Source of the DNA: Thermoplasmata archaeon
Lineage (GTDB): Archaea; Thermoplasmatota; Thermoplasmata; Lutacidiplasmatales; UBA184
Length of the DNA: 64,000 bases
Direction: 5' to 3'
Assembly (NCBI GenBank): GCA_021798415.1
Contig: JAJZGO010000002.1
Location: forward strand, 159-64,158
Shown: piece by piece, positions 16,345-25,659 of the stretch
Numbering within the stretch: the stretch's first letter is position 1
How the letters are laid out: each line of letters begins with the position of its first letter
Translations under genes and position numbers: made by a program
Notes under the pieces: model-generated
The model's input: the letters and a program-made list of their open reading frames with translations, nothing else
Database searches by the model: none
Told to the model about the DNA's origin: nothing

Positions 16345-18336
16345 TTGAGCGAAGGCCCAGGAGTCGTCGACGGGGGAGGCGCGGCCCGGCGGGCGGGCGA
16401 TGGGGGTACGGAGGCTCGCCTCGAGCTCGCGGGGGGAGTCGTAGCCTACAACGAAGAGGCCCACATCCAGCGGGCTCTGGAGTCGCTCCTGGCCCAAGAC
16501 CTTCCGGACGGGGTCCGCTGGGGGCAGATCTGGGTCGTCGCGAGCGGCTGCACGGACCGAACGGTCGAGATCGCCCGGGGAGTGGCCGCCCGCGACCCGA
16601 GGGTCATGGTCGTCGTCGAGCCGGAGCGGACCGGAAAGGCGCGGGCCCTTCGCGAGATCTTCCACCGCGCCCGGGGCCACGCGGTGGTGCTCCTGAACTC
16701 GGACGCCGAGGCGGCGCCGGGAGCCGTAGCCGAACTCCTTCGGCGCGCACGAGGGCACTCCCCTCCCTACGCCGTCATGGCCCGCCCCGTCGTGTCCCCC
16801 GACGCCCCGGGTCGCATGGCCCCGCTACTGCGATTGATGTGGGACCTCCATCACGAGTTCCATCTCCACCTCGCGTCGGAAGGCGGAGGAGCTCACCTCT
16901 CCGACGAGCTTCTCCTCGTCAGCCTCGACCCTCACCCGCCGCTTCCGGAGGGGATCGTCAACGACGGCTCGTACTTCGGGGTCTGGCTGGCGCAGCACGG
17001 AGGGCGACGACTCTACGCGCCCGGGGCCCGCGTGCAGATCGCGATCCCGACGCGACTCACGGACCACCTCCACCAGCGCCGGCGGATCCACGTCGGGAAC
17101 TCCCAGGTCACCGCGGCCCTCGGTCGACGGCCGAGCACCCTCGTGGGACACGCGCGGTCTACGCCGGGCGCGGTGGCGAGGGTGGTCCAGCGATCGGCGC
17201 GCCGTCAGACCCGGGGCTGGCGACGGTTCGTGGCGCTGACGGCCCTCGAGCTCGCGGCGGCTACCCTCTCCTTCTGGGACCGACTGCCCCCGCCGAAGGA
17301 CCACGTCCGCTGGCAGCGGATCCGACCCCCGGCTCCGCGAACCGCCCCTCGCTCGCTCTCGCGCGCTCGTCTCTCGCACAACGCGAGGGGACTGACCGCC
17401 CCGCCTCTCGAGCTGCGGGTAGCGACCTTGGTGGACGTGGCGGCGCGATTCGGGACGGGCATCGCGCTGCCGGACCTCATCTCCCTCCTCCCTCCCGACG
17501 GGCCCTTTACGCCGGGGGACACTCGGGGCTGGCTGGAAGGCCATCCCAGCCTCGCGCGAGTGGACGGTGACCTGGTCCTTGCCCCACGCGCGACCACGGT
17601 CGGGCAGGACGAGCGGCGGACCCGAGGAGAGGCGTCCCTTCGCCACGCGCTCGGGCTGTTCAACGGACCGCTTCGACCGACCCGCAATTGGGTTCGCTGC
17701 GTCTCCGTCACCGGCTCGGTCGCCTACGGCGAGCCGCAGCCGGAGGACGACCTGGACCTGTTCGTGGTCGTTCGAAAGGGGGCGCTTTGGTGGTTCCTGG
17801 GCTACACGTACCTGGCCCTGCGGATCGAGCGGTGGCGTCGGGGCCGCGGGTTCGGACCGGTCGCGTGCTTCAATTACACGATCGAGGACTCGACGGCCGC
17901 CGAGGCACTGACCGAACGCCGTGACTTCCTGACGGCCCGCGACGCGCTCTCGGCGAAGCCTATCCTGGGAGCGTCCTACTATCAGGGACTCCTCGCCCGC
18001 TGCCCGTGGATGGCCACCGAGATCCCGCGATTGTATGCGGTCCGCGCTCGACCTTCCGACGACCCCGATTCCCTCCCCGCGCCGATCGCGCTCCGGGTCG
18101 CGGACGCGGTCGTCTACCCTCTCCTCGCGACGTACCTTCAATTGGCCGGTCTCTGGAGGAACGCGCGGAATCGTTCCAACGAGACCGGGGCCTTCCGGAC
18201 GGTGACGCGATTGGGACGCATCGCCTTCGTTTCCCGTCGATTCGAGGCTCTCCGTTCCCAGTACGTGGAAGGGCGCGAGCCGTCGGAGGCATCGACGGGG
18301 GTAACGTATCCGTCGGCGCTCCCGTCCGCCCGATGA
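16345..18336 (+). CDS. GT2 glycosyltransferase fused to a Pol-beta-like nucleotidyltransferase domain
   Basis: VVAYNEE, GKARAL, NSD, NDG, QRRRI; then VSVTGSVAYG...EDDLDLFVVV (GS...DxD). Confidence 0.75.
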   Translation: MSEGPGVVDGGGAARRAGDGGTEARLELAGGVVAYNEEAHIQRALESLLAQDLPDGVRWGQIWVVASGCTDRTVEIARGVAARDPRVMVVVEPERTGKARALREIFHRARGHAVVLLNSDAEAAPGAVAELLRRARGHSPPYAVMARPVVSPDAPGRMAPLLRLMWDLHHEFHLHLASEGGGAHLSDELLLVSLDPHPPLPEGIVNDGSYFGVWLAQHGGRRLYAPGARVQIAIPTRLTDHLHQRRRIHVGNSQVTAALGRRPSTLVGHARSTPGAVARVVQRSARRQTRGWRRFVALTALELAAATLSFWDRLPPPKDHVRWQRIRPPAPRTAPRSLSRARLSHNARGLTAPPLELRVATLVDVAARFGTGIALPDLISLLPPDGPFTPGDTRGWLEGHPSLARVDGDLVLAPRATTVGQDERRTRGEASLRHALGLFNGPLRPTRNWVRCVSVTGSVAYGEPQPEDDLDLFVVVRKGALWWFLGYTYLALRIERWRRGRGFGPVACFNYTIEDSTAAEALTERRDFLTARDALSAKPILGASYYQGLLARCPWMATEIPRLYAVRARPSDDPDSLPAPIALRVADAVVYPLLATYLQLAGLWRNARNRSNETGAFRTVTRLGRIAFVSRRFEALRSQYVEGREPSEASTGVTYPSALPSAR

Positions 18337-19283
18337 CGAACGGCGACGCGCACGAGTCCGTCAGCGACTACGCGCGGTTCGACTTCGCGGCGCAATGGCG
18401 GGGTCGGGAAAGGGTCACCGAGGTGGAGCGGGCGATCGTCTCGCGCCAGCTGGGCTCGGCGGACCGACGACGGATCCTCGAGCTGGGCACGGGCTTCGGG
18501 CGGCTCCTCAGCGCCCTCACCGAGCTCGGCGGAGAGGTCGTCGCCACCGACTTCGACGTCGAGAGCCTGAACGGTCTGCCCGCGAGAGCCGGGTCGAGTC
18601 GGCCCCTGCGCGTCGCGGCGAACATCTACCACCTGCCGTTCGTGGACGGGGCGTTCACGAGCGCGTCGATGGTCCGGGTCTACCACCACCTCTCGGATCC
18701 GGTGGCCGCCCTGGCCGAGGTCGGCCGCGTCCTCCGGGGCGGAGGCCGATTCCTCGTCTCGTACAACCCGAAGCCCACGCTCGGGACGCTCGTCAACGAC
18801 ATCCAACGCGCGATCCATCCGTCCCCCCGCACGCGATTCCGGTCGACCACGTTCGCCCGAGGGCCCGTCACGCTCGACCCCGAACCGTTCCCGGTGTACG
18901 TCGCGAGCCGCCGCGAGTTCGAGCGGACCGTACGGGCGGTCGGGTTCCGGCCGGTCAGCGAGGTCGTCTCGGGCCTGGAGGAGTACTACCTGATGCGACG
19001 CGTCCCCGCGGGCGTGTTCGTCCGGCTCGGGAGCGCCCTCGGCCGGGCGCCGGCCTTTCCCGCCCGGTTCGCCGTGCTGGAAAAGGACCAACGGCCCGGA
19101 GCGTCGCTCCCCGACCTCGAACGGATCCTCGCGTGTCCTCGATGCCGGACTCCGTTCTCCCCCGGGAGCGGCGATGGCCCACCGGTCTCTTGTGCGTGCG
19201 GGTATCGGGGAACGATCCGGGGAGCCGTCCTCGACCTCCGCTATGTCCCCGAGGGGGTCCGGCGGTGGGAGGCCCCGACGTGA
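18333..19283 (+). CDS. Class I SAM methyltransferase with C-terminal Trm112-like Zn finger
   Basis: ILELGTGFGR, LPFVDGAF, RVLRGGG; ILACPRC...CACG; ATGA overlap with the upstream gene. Confidence 0.82.
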   Translation: MTNGDAHESVSDYARFDFAAQWRGRERVTEVERAIVSRQLGSADRRRILELGTGFGRLLSALTELGGEVVATDFDVESLNGLPARAGSSRPLRVAANIYHLPFVDGAFTSASMVRVYHHLSDPVAALAEVGRVLRGGGRFLVSYNPKPTLGTLVNDIQRAIHPSPRTRFRSTTFARGPVTLDPEPFPVYVASRREFERTVRAVGFRPVSEVVSGLEEYYLMRRVPAGVFVRLGSALGRAPAFPARFAVLEKDQRPGASLPDLERILACPRCRTPFSPGSGDGPPVSCACGYRGTIRGAVLDLRYVPEGVRRWEAPT

Positions 19284-19329
19284 GCGGGACCCCGGAAGCC
19301 GGGCCCGGCGGCCGCCTCGGACGCGGGCC

Positions 19330-19590
19330 GTCGAGCCCCGAACGCACGAGCAGTTCCTGGGGAGGGAGCTCTACGGCCATCTCTCCTCTCTCCCCCACTT
19401 GGGGATCGAGGTCACACGTCCAGGGTAAGCCGGAAGTTTGCCCAACTTGTCACAAGACGGAAAACTTGGCGACGGCCACCAACTCCTCGGGCGGGTCGGA
19501 GCACTGAAGCGCCGAGTCGAGCGCCTCGGCGACGTGCCCTCGGCGGCTCTATGCCATGACGACAACCGCGTGCGAAGCCGGGGGAATGGC
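19330..19590 (-). pseudogene. GT2 glycosyltransferase N-terminal remnant
   Basis: One frame reads AVVVMA*SRRGHVAEALDSALQCSDPPEELVAVAKFSVL*...; stops at 19549-51 and 19450-52; ends approximate. Confidence 0.55.
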
Positions 19591-19689
19591 CGGGACGGCC
19601 CGGCATCGGGCTCGGGGCCTGCCGGAGCGTCCGGGAAGTCCGCCTCCCGGGACTCCAACGGAGGAGAGGGGAGGACCTTCGAAACTCAG

Positions 19690-20889
19690 TTACGCCCCTC
19701 CGTTCCCAGTCGAGGGGGCCCGGGGCGAGACTTCCCGAAAGAGCTGAACGTATTCCGCCGCCACGACCGACCAATCGAACCGGGCGGCACGCTCGCGCCC
19801 TGCGGCGCCGAAGCGCACCCGAAGCTCCGGGTCCGCGAGGACGGTCCGGATCCCCTCGGCGAGCGCCGCGGGATCCTCGGGAGGCACCAGTAGGCCGCTC
19901 CTTCCCTCCTCCACGGCCTCGGGGACGCCTCCGACCCGCGTGGCCACGACCGGTAGCCCGGCCGCCATTGCCTCGAGCACGACCACGGGAAAGGAATCGA
20001 ATCGTGAGGGGAGCACGAGGAGCTCCGCGGAGGCGTACTCCTCGACGAGGCGCTCGCGCGAGACGGCGCCCAGCGCCTCCATGCGGTCCGATACCCCGAG
20101 CGATCGGGCCAACGCCAGCGTGGAGTCGAGACCCCCCCAGTCCGCCCCGACCAATCGGAGGCGGGAACGGAACCCTCGAGGGACCTTGGCGAACGCCCGT
20201 ACGAGAGTCCCGAGGCCCTTCTGCTGGGCGCTGAGTCGGCCCACGAATAGTATCACCGGCTCCTCCGCAGGTTTCAAGCGCGCCGGCAACGCTGCGAACT
20301 CTCCGACATCGATCCCGGGCGGGATCACACGGATCCGCTCGCGAGGAGCCCCGAGGCCGGCGAGCCAATCCCGCTCGAGGCGGCTTAGGGCCACGATCCG
20401 GTCCGCACTTCGGACGGAGGTTCGAACCACGTATCGGGACCAGACCCTGGCGACCGGAGTTCCGGACCCGGGGTCCGAGTGCGTCGTGACGACGAGCGGA
20501 GTTCCTCGAAGTGCCTGGGTGAGCGCGCCGACCCACAGAGGAAAGTGACCGAACGCGTGGGCGTGCACGACATCAACGGGCGAGCGGAGCGCGTCGAGGA
20601 CCATCCCGGGCACGACGACACCGGAACCGTGAGGCATCGGGGCCGCGAGATACGCCCGATGTCTTCGAACCGCGACCGGGCCCGAGCCCGGAGAGAACTG
20701 ACCGCGGGTCATGGGCTGGTCGCGCGCAAGGTCCGAGGTGGAGACCTCTACGCGGGCCCCTGCGCTCGTGAGTTCCTTCGCAAGCCGCTCCACATACCGT
20801 TCCACGCCCCCGAGGGCCGGGGCGAACCGTTGGGTGAGCTCGAGGACGCGCAACCCGGCGAGCGGTCCCCGAGCCCCGTACCCGTTCAC
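19690..20889 (-). CDS. GT4 glycosyltransferase
   Basis: GGVERY, DVVHAH, LFVGRL..QKG, PSRFDSFPVVVLEAMAAG. Confidence 0.92.
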   Translation of the reverse strand: MNGYGARGPLAGLRVLELTQRFAPALGGVERYVERLAKELTSAGARVEVSTSDLARDQPMTRGQFSPGSGPVAVRRHRAYLAAPMPHGSGVVVPGMVLDALRSPVDVVHAHAFGHFPLWVGALTQALRGTPLVVTTHSDPGSGTPVARVWSRYVVRTSVRSADRIVALSRLERDWLAGLGAPRERIRVIPPGIDVGEFAALPARLKPAEEPVILFVGRLSAQQKGLGTLVRAFAKVPRGFRSRLRLVGADWGGLDSTLALARSLGVSDRMEALGAVSRERLVEEYASAELLVLPSRFDSFPVVVLEAMAAGLPVVATRVGGVPEAVEEGRSGLLVPPEDPAALAEGIRTVLADPELRVRFGAAGRERAARFDWSVVAAEYVQLFREVSPRAPSTGNGGA

Positions 20890-20909
20890 GGCCCTGCCTT
20901 CGGGGGGGC

Positions 20910-22238
20910 TCAAGGTCGAGCCCGGGACCCCACGACGAAGATCCACGGGCGGGGATGGCCTTCGTCTCGGTAGATGGCAACGATCCACTGGACCAGCGTG
21001 ACGGTCACCATGACGGCAAGGGCCGCGAGCGCGAAAGTCCGGGCCGCTCCCCAACCGCCGCTCTGATCGATCGACGTGGTGAAGGTGAGAATCCCCGGGT
21101 CGGCCGGGGCAAGAAAGCGCATCCCAAGATCGTTGTTCACCAGCAGGTATAGCATGGAAAGGGCCACCGTGAACCACAGAAGTGCCCTCCGACCGGGGTG
21201 GAAGGTCGCGGCGTCCAGAGCAGCCGGAGCGAACAGGAAGAGCATGTACTGCTCGTAGAGACCCCACCGAAGCAAGAGAAAGGCGGTGACGATCAGCATC
21301 AGGGCTCGAAGCTCCGACCGGGCGTCGTTTTCGCTCACCCATCTCGCCGCGGCCCATCCGGCGACGATCACGCCGGGTATCCAGGCGTACTGGACCAGGG
21401 TGTAGAAGCCGGGCACGAGGGAGAGGACGGAGACCACGTAGGGTAGGCTGAGGAGGAAGGCGAGGTTCATGCCGAGCCCTCCGCCGTGAACTTGGGAGCC
21501 GGACACGGGTCCGAGGAATGCGATCGACCACCCTTCGGCGGCGAAGGCGAGTGCGGTGAGCGCGGCCGGCACTGCGAGCGCGGTCAGCATCGCGAGGCGA
21601 CGGAAGCGGCGCTCGCGCAGGAACTCGAGAGGCAGGAAGATGACGGTGACCCACTTCGCGAAAATCCCGATGCCGTAGAGAACGTTCCGCGACAACGACC
21701 CTCGGAACCACAGCGTGCCGAGGAGCACCAGAACTACGATCGAGTCGAACTGCCCCCAAATCGCCGTGATGATTACCGCATACGAGAAGAACGACCAGAA
21801 GACGAGGAGACCCAGAGCGGCCCGCTCGTCGAACGCCCATCGAAGGGCGAGCCGGTAGAGAATGTAGGCGGTCCCGACGTCCGCCAGGATCCCGGGTTGC
21901 TTCAGAAGGAAGTAGAGGACGAAGCGGTTCCCTCCACCGACGAAGTCCCACAGCCGGTAGAGCCCTCCGAGCGTCAGCGGCCACAACGGCAGGTACGACG
22001 CCGAGGAGATGCTCGCCGAAGTGTAGGAGAAGCTGACACCGGGGACCGCGGGCAAGAACCCGTTGTACGGGTTCGCCCCTCGGGAGACCTGGTAGCCGGT
22101 TCGGATCCAAACCTCGAAGTCGTAGGGGTGTCCCGTCCAGAACGAGAACAGCTCTCGCAGGAGCAGGCCCCCTAGGAGGAACGTCCCAGCCCTCGAGGAG
22201 AGAGCCCGAGCTAGTGCGGGAACGGGACCAGATGGCAT
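20910..22238 (-). CDS. GT-C fold membrane glycosyltransferase (GT87/PIG-M-like)
   Basis: GHPYDFEVW, YLPLW, LLKQPGILAD, WGQFDSI; about 10 TM segments. Confidence 0.72.
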   Translation of the reverse strand: MPSGPVPALARALSSRAGTFLLGGLLLRELFSFWTGHPYDFEVWIRTGYQVSRGANPYNGFLPAVPGVSFSYTSASISSASYLPLWPLTLGGLYRLWDFVGGGNRFVLYFLLKQPGILADVGTAYILYRLALRWAFDERAALGLLVFWSFFSYAVIITAIWGQFDSIVVLVLLGTLWFRGSLSRNVLYGIGIFAKWVTVIFLPLEFLRERRFRRLAMLTALAVPAALTALAFAAEGWSIAFLGPVSGSQVHGGGLGMNLAFLLSLPYVVSVLSLVPGFYTLVQYAWIPGVIVAGWAAARWVSENDARSELRALMLIVTAFLLLRWGLYEQYMLFLFAPAALDAATFHPGRRALLWFTVALSMLYLLVNNDLGMRFLAPADPGILTFTTSIDQSGGWGAARTFALAALAVMVTVTLVQWIVAIYRDEGHPRPWIFVVGSRARP

Positions 22239-22340
22239 CGGCTGGGAGACGGAACCCGGGGGCGGCCAAATAGCCCTCGGTAACGCGGCGGAGCATCCCG
22301 CGTCTTCGTCCGCTCACGGCGAAGCGCGGGGCGACGACCT

Positions 22341-23513
22341 CTAGAGTCGAGTGTACAACAGCGACACCCACTCGGAGGCCGCCCAGGAGTACCGCCGGTC
22401 CGCCAGGAAGGCATCCCATCGACGGACTTTCTCCGAGCCGCTCTTCCCGAGGAGCCGGACGATGCGGTCGGAGTCGAACGGCGGGGCGAGGACCGATACG
22501 GAACCGGTCGAGCTCCGGCGGAATCCTTCCGAGAGGGCGCGGTCCCACTCCCGCGGGGTCCGCAGGTGCAGCGCGAGCGGATAGCGGATTCCGCCGGGAG
22601 GGACTTCGTGGCGGGTGCGATTGATGGCCGCGCGGGGGCGACCGAGGGCGAGGTCCCAGAAGAACGGGACCACGCCGGGCCGATTGAGCGAGGTGAACAG
22701 GAGCTTGCCGCCGGGGCGGAGGAGCCTCCGGAGGGCCGCCACTCCTACGTCCGGTTCGAGATTGAACGCTCCGAACGCCGAGAATGCCGCCGCGAAGTTT
22801 CCGTCCGGGATGTCTCGGAGGTCGGTTTCCAGGTCGGCGAGTCTCGCGGTTCGAGTCTCGAGCCGGTCCCCGTAGCCGCGTCGGTCGGCGGAAAGCCGCA
22901 AACGATCGAGCATGCCCTCCGAGAGATCGATCGCGGTGACCCGATGTCCGGCCGCGAGCAGAGGGAGCGTGTGGTAACCCGTGCCGGAGCCGATCTCGAG
23001 GATGGGATCGGAGCCCGAGAGCGAACTCGTGGCGATCGCGACAACCCGGTCCTTCAGGTAGCGATCGATTGGCTTCCGGGCCAGGGCCCCATCGTATCCC
23101 CAAGACACCGCATCAAACTCGCCGCGGATCCGGTCGGCCGTGGTCGAGGTTCTCGGTGCCACACCGGAGAAAACCTGGAGCGCCTCGCGCATCCTGTCGA
23201 AATGCTCCGTCCAGACGACCGCTCCGTACTTGGATTCAAACAGACTCCGGATCTGCTCGAGAGCTTCCGGACTACGGACGATCGCCACCAGCGAGGACAT
23301 CTCCCGTCCGTTCGGGAAACGGATCCGGCATCCTCCCTCGCGAACCGCCGCCGAAAACCACGCCGCGGGCGAATCGCTCGGTATCACGTAGACGGAGTCG
23401 GCGTCCTCCACGAACAGCAGAGGCACCGACGGGCCGGTCCCCGCCGTGAGGAGAAGATGGTCACGGGGGTCCGCTCGCGGGCGGTCCTCACCACCGGTGC
23501 CGGCCCGGTTCAC
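22341..23513 (-). CDS. Class I SAM methyltransferase with an N-terminal split-barrel-like domain
   Basis: ILEIGSGTG, AFSAFGAFN, LLRPGG; N-terminal VPLLFVEDADSVYV...FESKYG; GTGA overlap with the upstream ORF. Confidence 0.75.
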   Translation of the reverse strand: MNRAGTGGEDRPRADPRDHLLLTAGTGPSVPLLFVEDADSVYVIPSDSPAAWFSAAVREGGCRIRFPNGREMSSLVAIVRSPEALEQIRSLFESKYGAVVWTEHFDRMREALQVFSGVAPRTSTTADRIRGEFDAVSWGYDGALARKPIDRYLKDRVVAIATSSLSGSDPILEIGSGTGYHTLPLLAAGHRVTAIDLSEGMLDRLRLSADRRGYGDRLETRTARLADLETDLRDIPDGNFAAAFSAFGAFNLEPDVGVAALRRLLRPGGKLLFTSLNRPGVVPFFWDLALGRPRAAINRTRHEVPPGGIRYPLALHLRTPREWDRALSEGFRRSSTGSVSVLAPPFDSDRIVRLLGKSGSEKVRRWDAFLADRRYSWAASEWVSLLYTRL

Positions 23514-23737
23514 GGTCCGTGAGGGTAGAGCTCCGAGATGAGCGAAAGGACCTTCGGCGTGCTGTACCCGGCCCGCGCGACGACCCGGTCGCGGGTCCGG
23601 ATCTTCTTTAGCCCGATGAACCGCTTCGACGCGATGAAGAGATAGGAATAGGTCTTCATCGTGACCGCGAAAATCGCCCCCTGGGGCTCGAGCAGGACCT
23701 TGATCGTCCGTCGCTCGGAGATCCAACGGGGCGGCAC
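23510..23737 (-). CDS. Small basic hypothetical protein (75 aa)
   Basis: TATA-like CTTTATCT about 27 nt upstream of GTG; stop overlaps the methyltransferase start. Confidence 0.55.
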   Translation of the reverse strand: MPPRWISERRTIKVLLEPQGAIFAVTMKTYSYLFIASKRFIGLKKIRTRDRVVARAGYSTPKVLSLISELYPHGP

Positions 23738-24115
23738 GCTTTGTGGGACCGCTTCCCAAGAGATAAAGTTGAAGGGGAGGGCCGGGTCGCATCCCCGAGC
23801 CACGCAGGAGCGGCCCCCGGAGGGAGGACGCTCCGATCGGGTCCTCGAAGCCGTGTGCAGAGCGACGATGCGCGGGCCCGGCTTCGGTTGACCGGACCTT
23901 CGCGCATGGACCGTGAAAAGTACCTCGTCCGGCTATTCGTCGATGACGACTTCGAGCCCACTCCATCCAGTTCGCCGCGTGCTTCGTTCGGTCGACCCCA
24001 CCGACCCGCAGTCCAACGGACCCCCCCCTCGCTCGACGGCGGACGACGGAGCGCGGGCCGGAGCGCGACCATGCTCCCGACGAATATTTGACACACGGAC
24101 GCCGTAGGGAGAGCC

Positions 24116-24499
24116 ATGGCGCGACCGATCGCGGCCGGGGCGCTCACGATCCTCGGCGGGCTCTTCATCATGGCGGGCGGTGCGGTCCTCGCGTTCATCG
24201 GGGGCGTCCTCGCGGCCGTCCTGGGCGTCTTCAGCGGCCTCTTCCTCCTCGGGCTGGTGGTCGGGTTCCTCACGTTTCTCGTGGGGATCCTGATGCTCGC
24301 GCTCCCGTCGGCCCACACACTCCTCGGGATCGTGGTCATCCTGTTCGCCTTTGTGAGCATCCCGTTCGCGTTCGGTGGCCTGATCGTGGGGTTCTTCCTT
24401 GCGCTGACCGGCGGGATCCTGGCCGTCGCCTGGCATCCTCCGCAACCTTCCCCCGCGATCACGGTCGAGGGACGGGTGGTCTCCCCGCCGGCCCCGTAG
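24116..24499 (+). CDS. Small multi-TM membrane protein (DUF6114-like)
   Basis: Gly-rich TMs; GGLIVGFFLALTGGILAVAW. Confidence 0.7.
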   Translation: MARPIAAGALTILGGLFIMAGGAVLAFIGGVLAAVLGVFSGLFLLGLVVGFLTFLVGILMLALPSAHTLLGIVVILFAFVSIPFAFGGLIVGFFLALTGGILAVAWHPPQPSPAITVEGRVVSPPAP

Positions 24500-24658
24500 G
24501 CCGGTCGCGAGTTCCGCGCCCTGCCCGGCCTCTAGCCCCCGCCTCGGCGACCGACCCGGGTCGGGGGAGTTCGCTCGCGGGGTTCGGGTCGAGCGTCAAG
24601 GAAGCCTCATCTTCCGGCGAGATTGTCTTTCGGGACCAGATACGGTGCGGGAGGTCCG

Positions 24659-25105
24659 GTGATCGTCGAGGGGAGCTTCCAAGTGCGTCGGGACCGTGAG
24701 AGCGTCTTCGCCTTCTTCACGGACGCTCGCGAGCTCATCGGTTGTCTCGATGACCCCCATACGGTCGAGGTTGCCGACCGGACGCACTTCTCCGGCACCG
24801 TGACCACGGGCGTCGCGTTCATCCGCGGCACGTTCCGCTTCTCGGGCGAGTACCGGGGCCTGGAGCGCCCCAGCCGCGTCGTCGCGGCCATCCACGGGGC
24901 GGGTCTCGGCAGCGGCCTCGACGCGACCCTCGCGACGGGCCTCGACGAGTCGAACGGGGTCACGACAGTGCGGTGGACCGCCGACCTTGCGTTCTCGGGT
25001 CCTCTCGCCACGGTCGGGGACCGCATCGTCCGCTCGACGGTCGACAAGAAGACGATGGGGCTCTTCGACCGGGCCCGCCAGCGGCTCGAGGCCAGTCCCC
25101 CGTAG
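24659..25105 (+). CDS. coxG: CoxG/SRPBCC family protein
   Basis: VFAFFTD..ELIGCL...SGPLATVGDRIV; GGAGGT before GTG; cox context. Confidence 0.75.
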   Translation: MIVEGSFQVRRDRESVFAFFTDARELIGCLDDPHTVEVADRTHFSGTVTTGVAFIRGTFRFSGEYRGLERPSRVVAAIHGAGLGSGLDATLATGLDESNGVTTVRWTADLAFSGPLATVGDRIVRSTVDKKTMGLFDRARQRLEASPP

Positions 25106-25185
25106 AGGGGGGTCGGCCGCGCATCGCAGCCGGTCACCGCAGGCTTCTTGCGGACGGCCGGTGTGTGGGCCGGCGCAGGCCCCCC

Positions 25186-25638
25186 ATGACGGTCGAGTTT
25201 GCCTTCAAGAAGAGCCCGGCCTACCGAGTCGCTTACATCACCTGGAAGGGACCGTGGAGCGACCGGCGGATCCAGCAGAAATTCGATACGCTCCTGGCGT
25301 GGACCCGCGACCGCCACCTCCGGACCGGCAAGTGGATCTTCCGCGAGCCGGCCGAGCGGACGTGGGAGGTGGCGATCGAGGTCCGAGGGACGGCCGTGCC
25401 GACCGCGCCGATTCGGCTCAAGACGATCCCGGCGACCTCGGTGGCCAGCGTCGTCTTTGATCCCGACGTGGTCTCCTCCGAGGTCGTGTACCACGCGCTC
25501 GTCGACTGGCTGCGCTGGCGACGCCGCGACGGCAAGGTCCGGTCGGTCGGCGGCTACCGTGAGGTCTACGACGGGGACCCCTGGCGCGACCCGAAGGTGT
25601 ACGCCCGGACGGATGTCCAGTTCGCGGTCCGTCGCTAG
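25186..25638 (+). CDS. GyrI-like small-molecule-binding protein
   Basis: RVAYITWKGPW...YHALVDWL...YREVY..DP. Confidence 0.7.
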   Translation: MTVEFAFKKSPAYRVAYITWKGPWSDRRIQQKFDTLLAWTRDRHLRTGKWIFREPAERTWEVAIEVRGTAVPTAPIRLKTIPATSVASVVFDPDVVSSEVVYHALVDWLRWRRRDGKVRSVGGYREVYDGDPWRDPKVYARTDVQFAVRR

Positions 25639-25659
25639 GTCCGCGAGCCGCGGCGGGAC

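Noticed and set aside
19435-19460. CPTCH heme-binding-like motif on the + strand
   Set aside because: Lies at the end of a shadow ORF; the minus strand is better explained as a GT2 pseudogene
19690-23103. 1137-aa ORF suggesting a giant GT4 fusion
   Set aside because: Only 19690-20889 is protein-like; the upstream part overlaps the GT-C and MTase genes in other frames
23906-24091. 61-aa ORF MDREKYLVRLFVDDDF...
   Set aside because: Only the first 16 residues look protein-like; no supporting evidence
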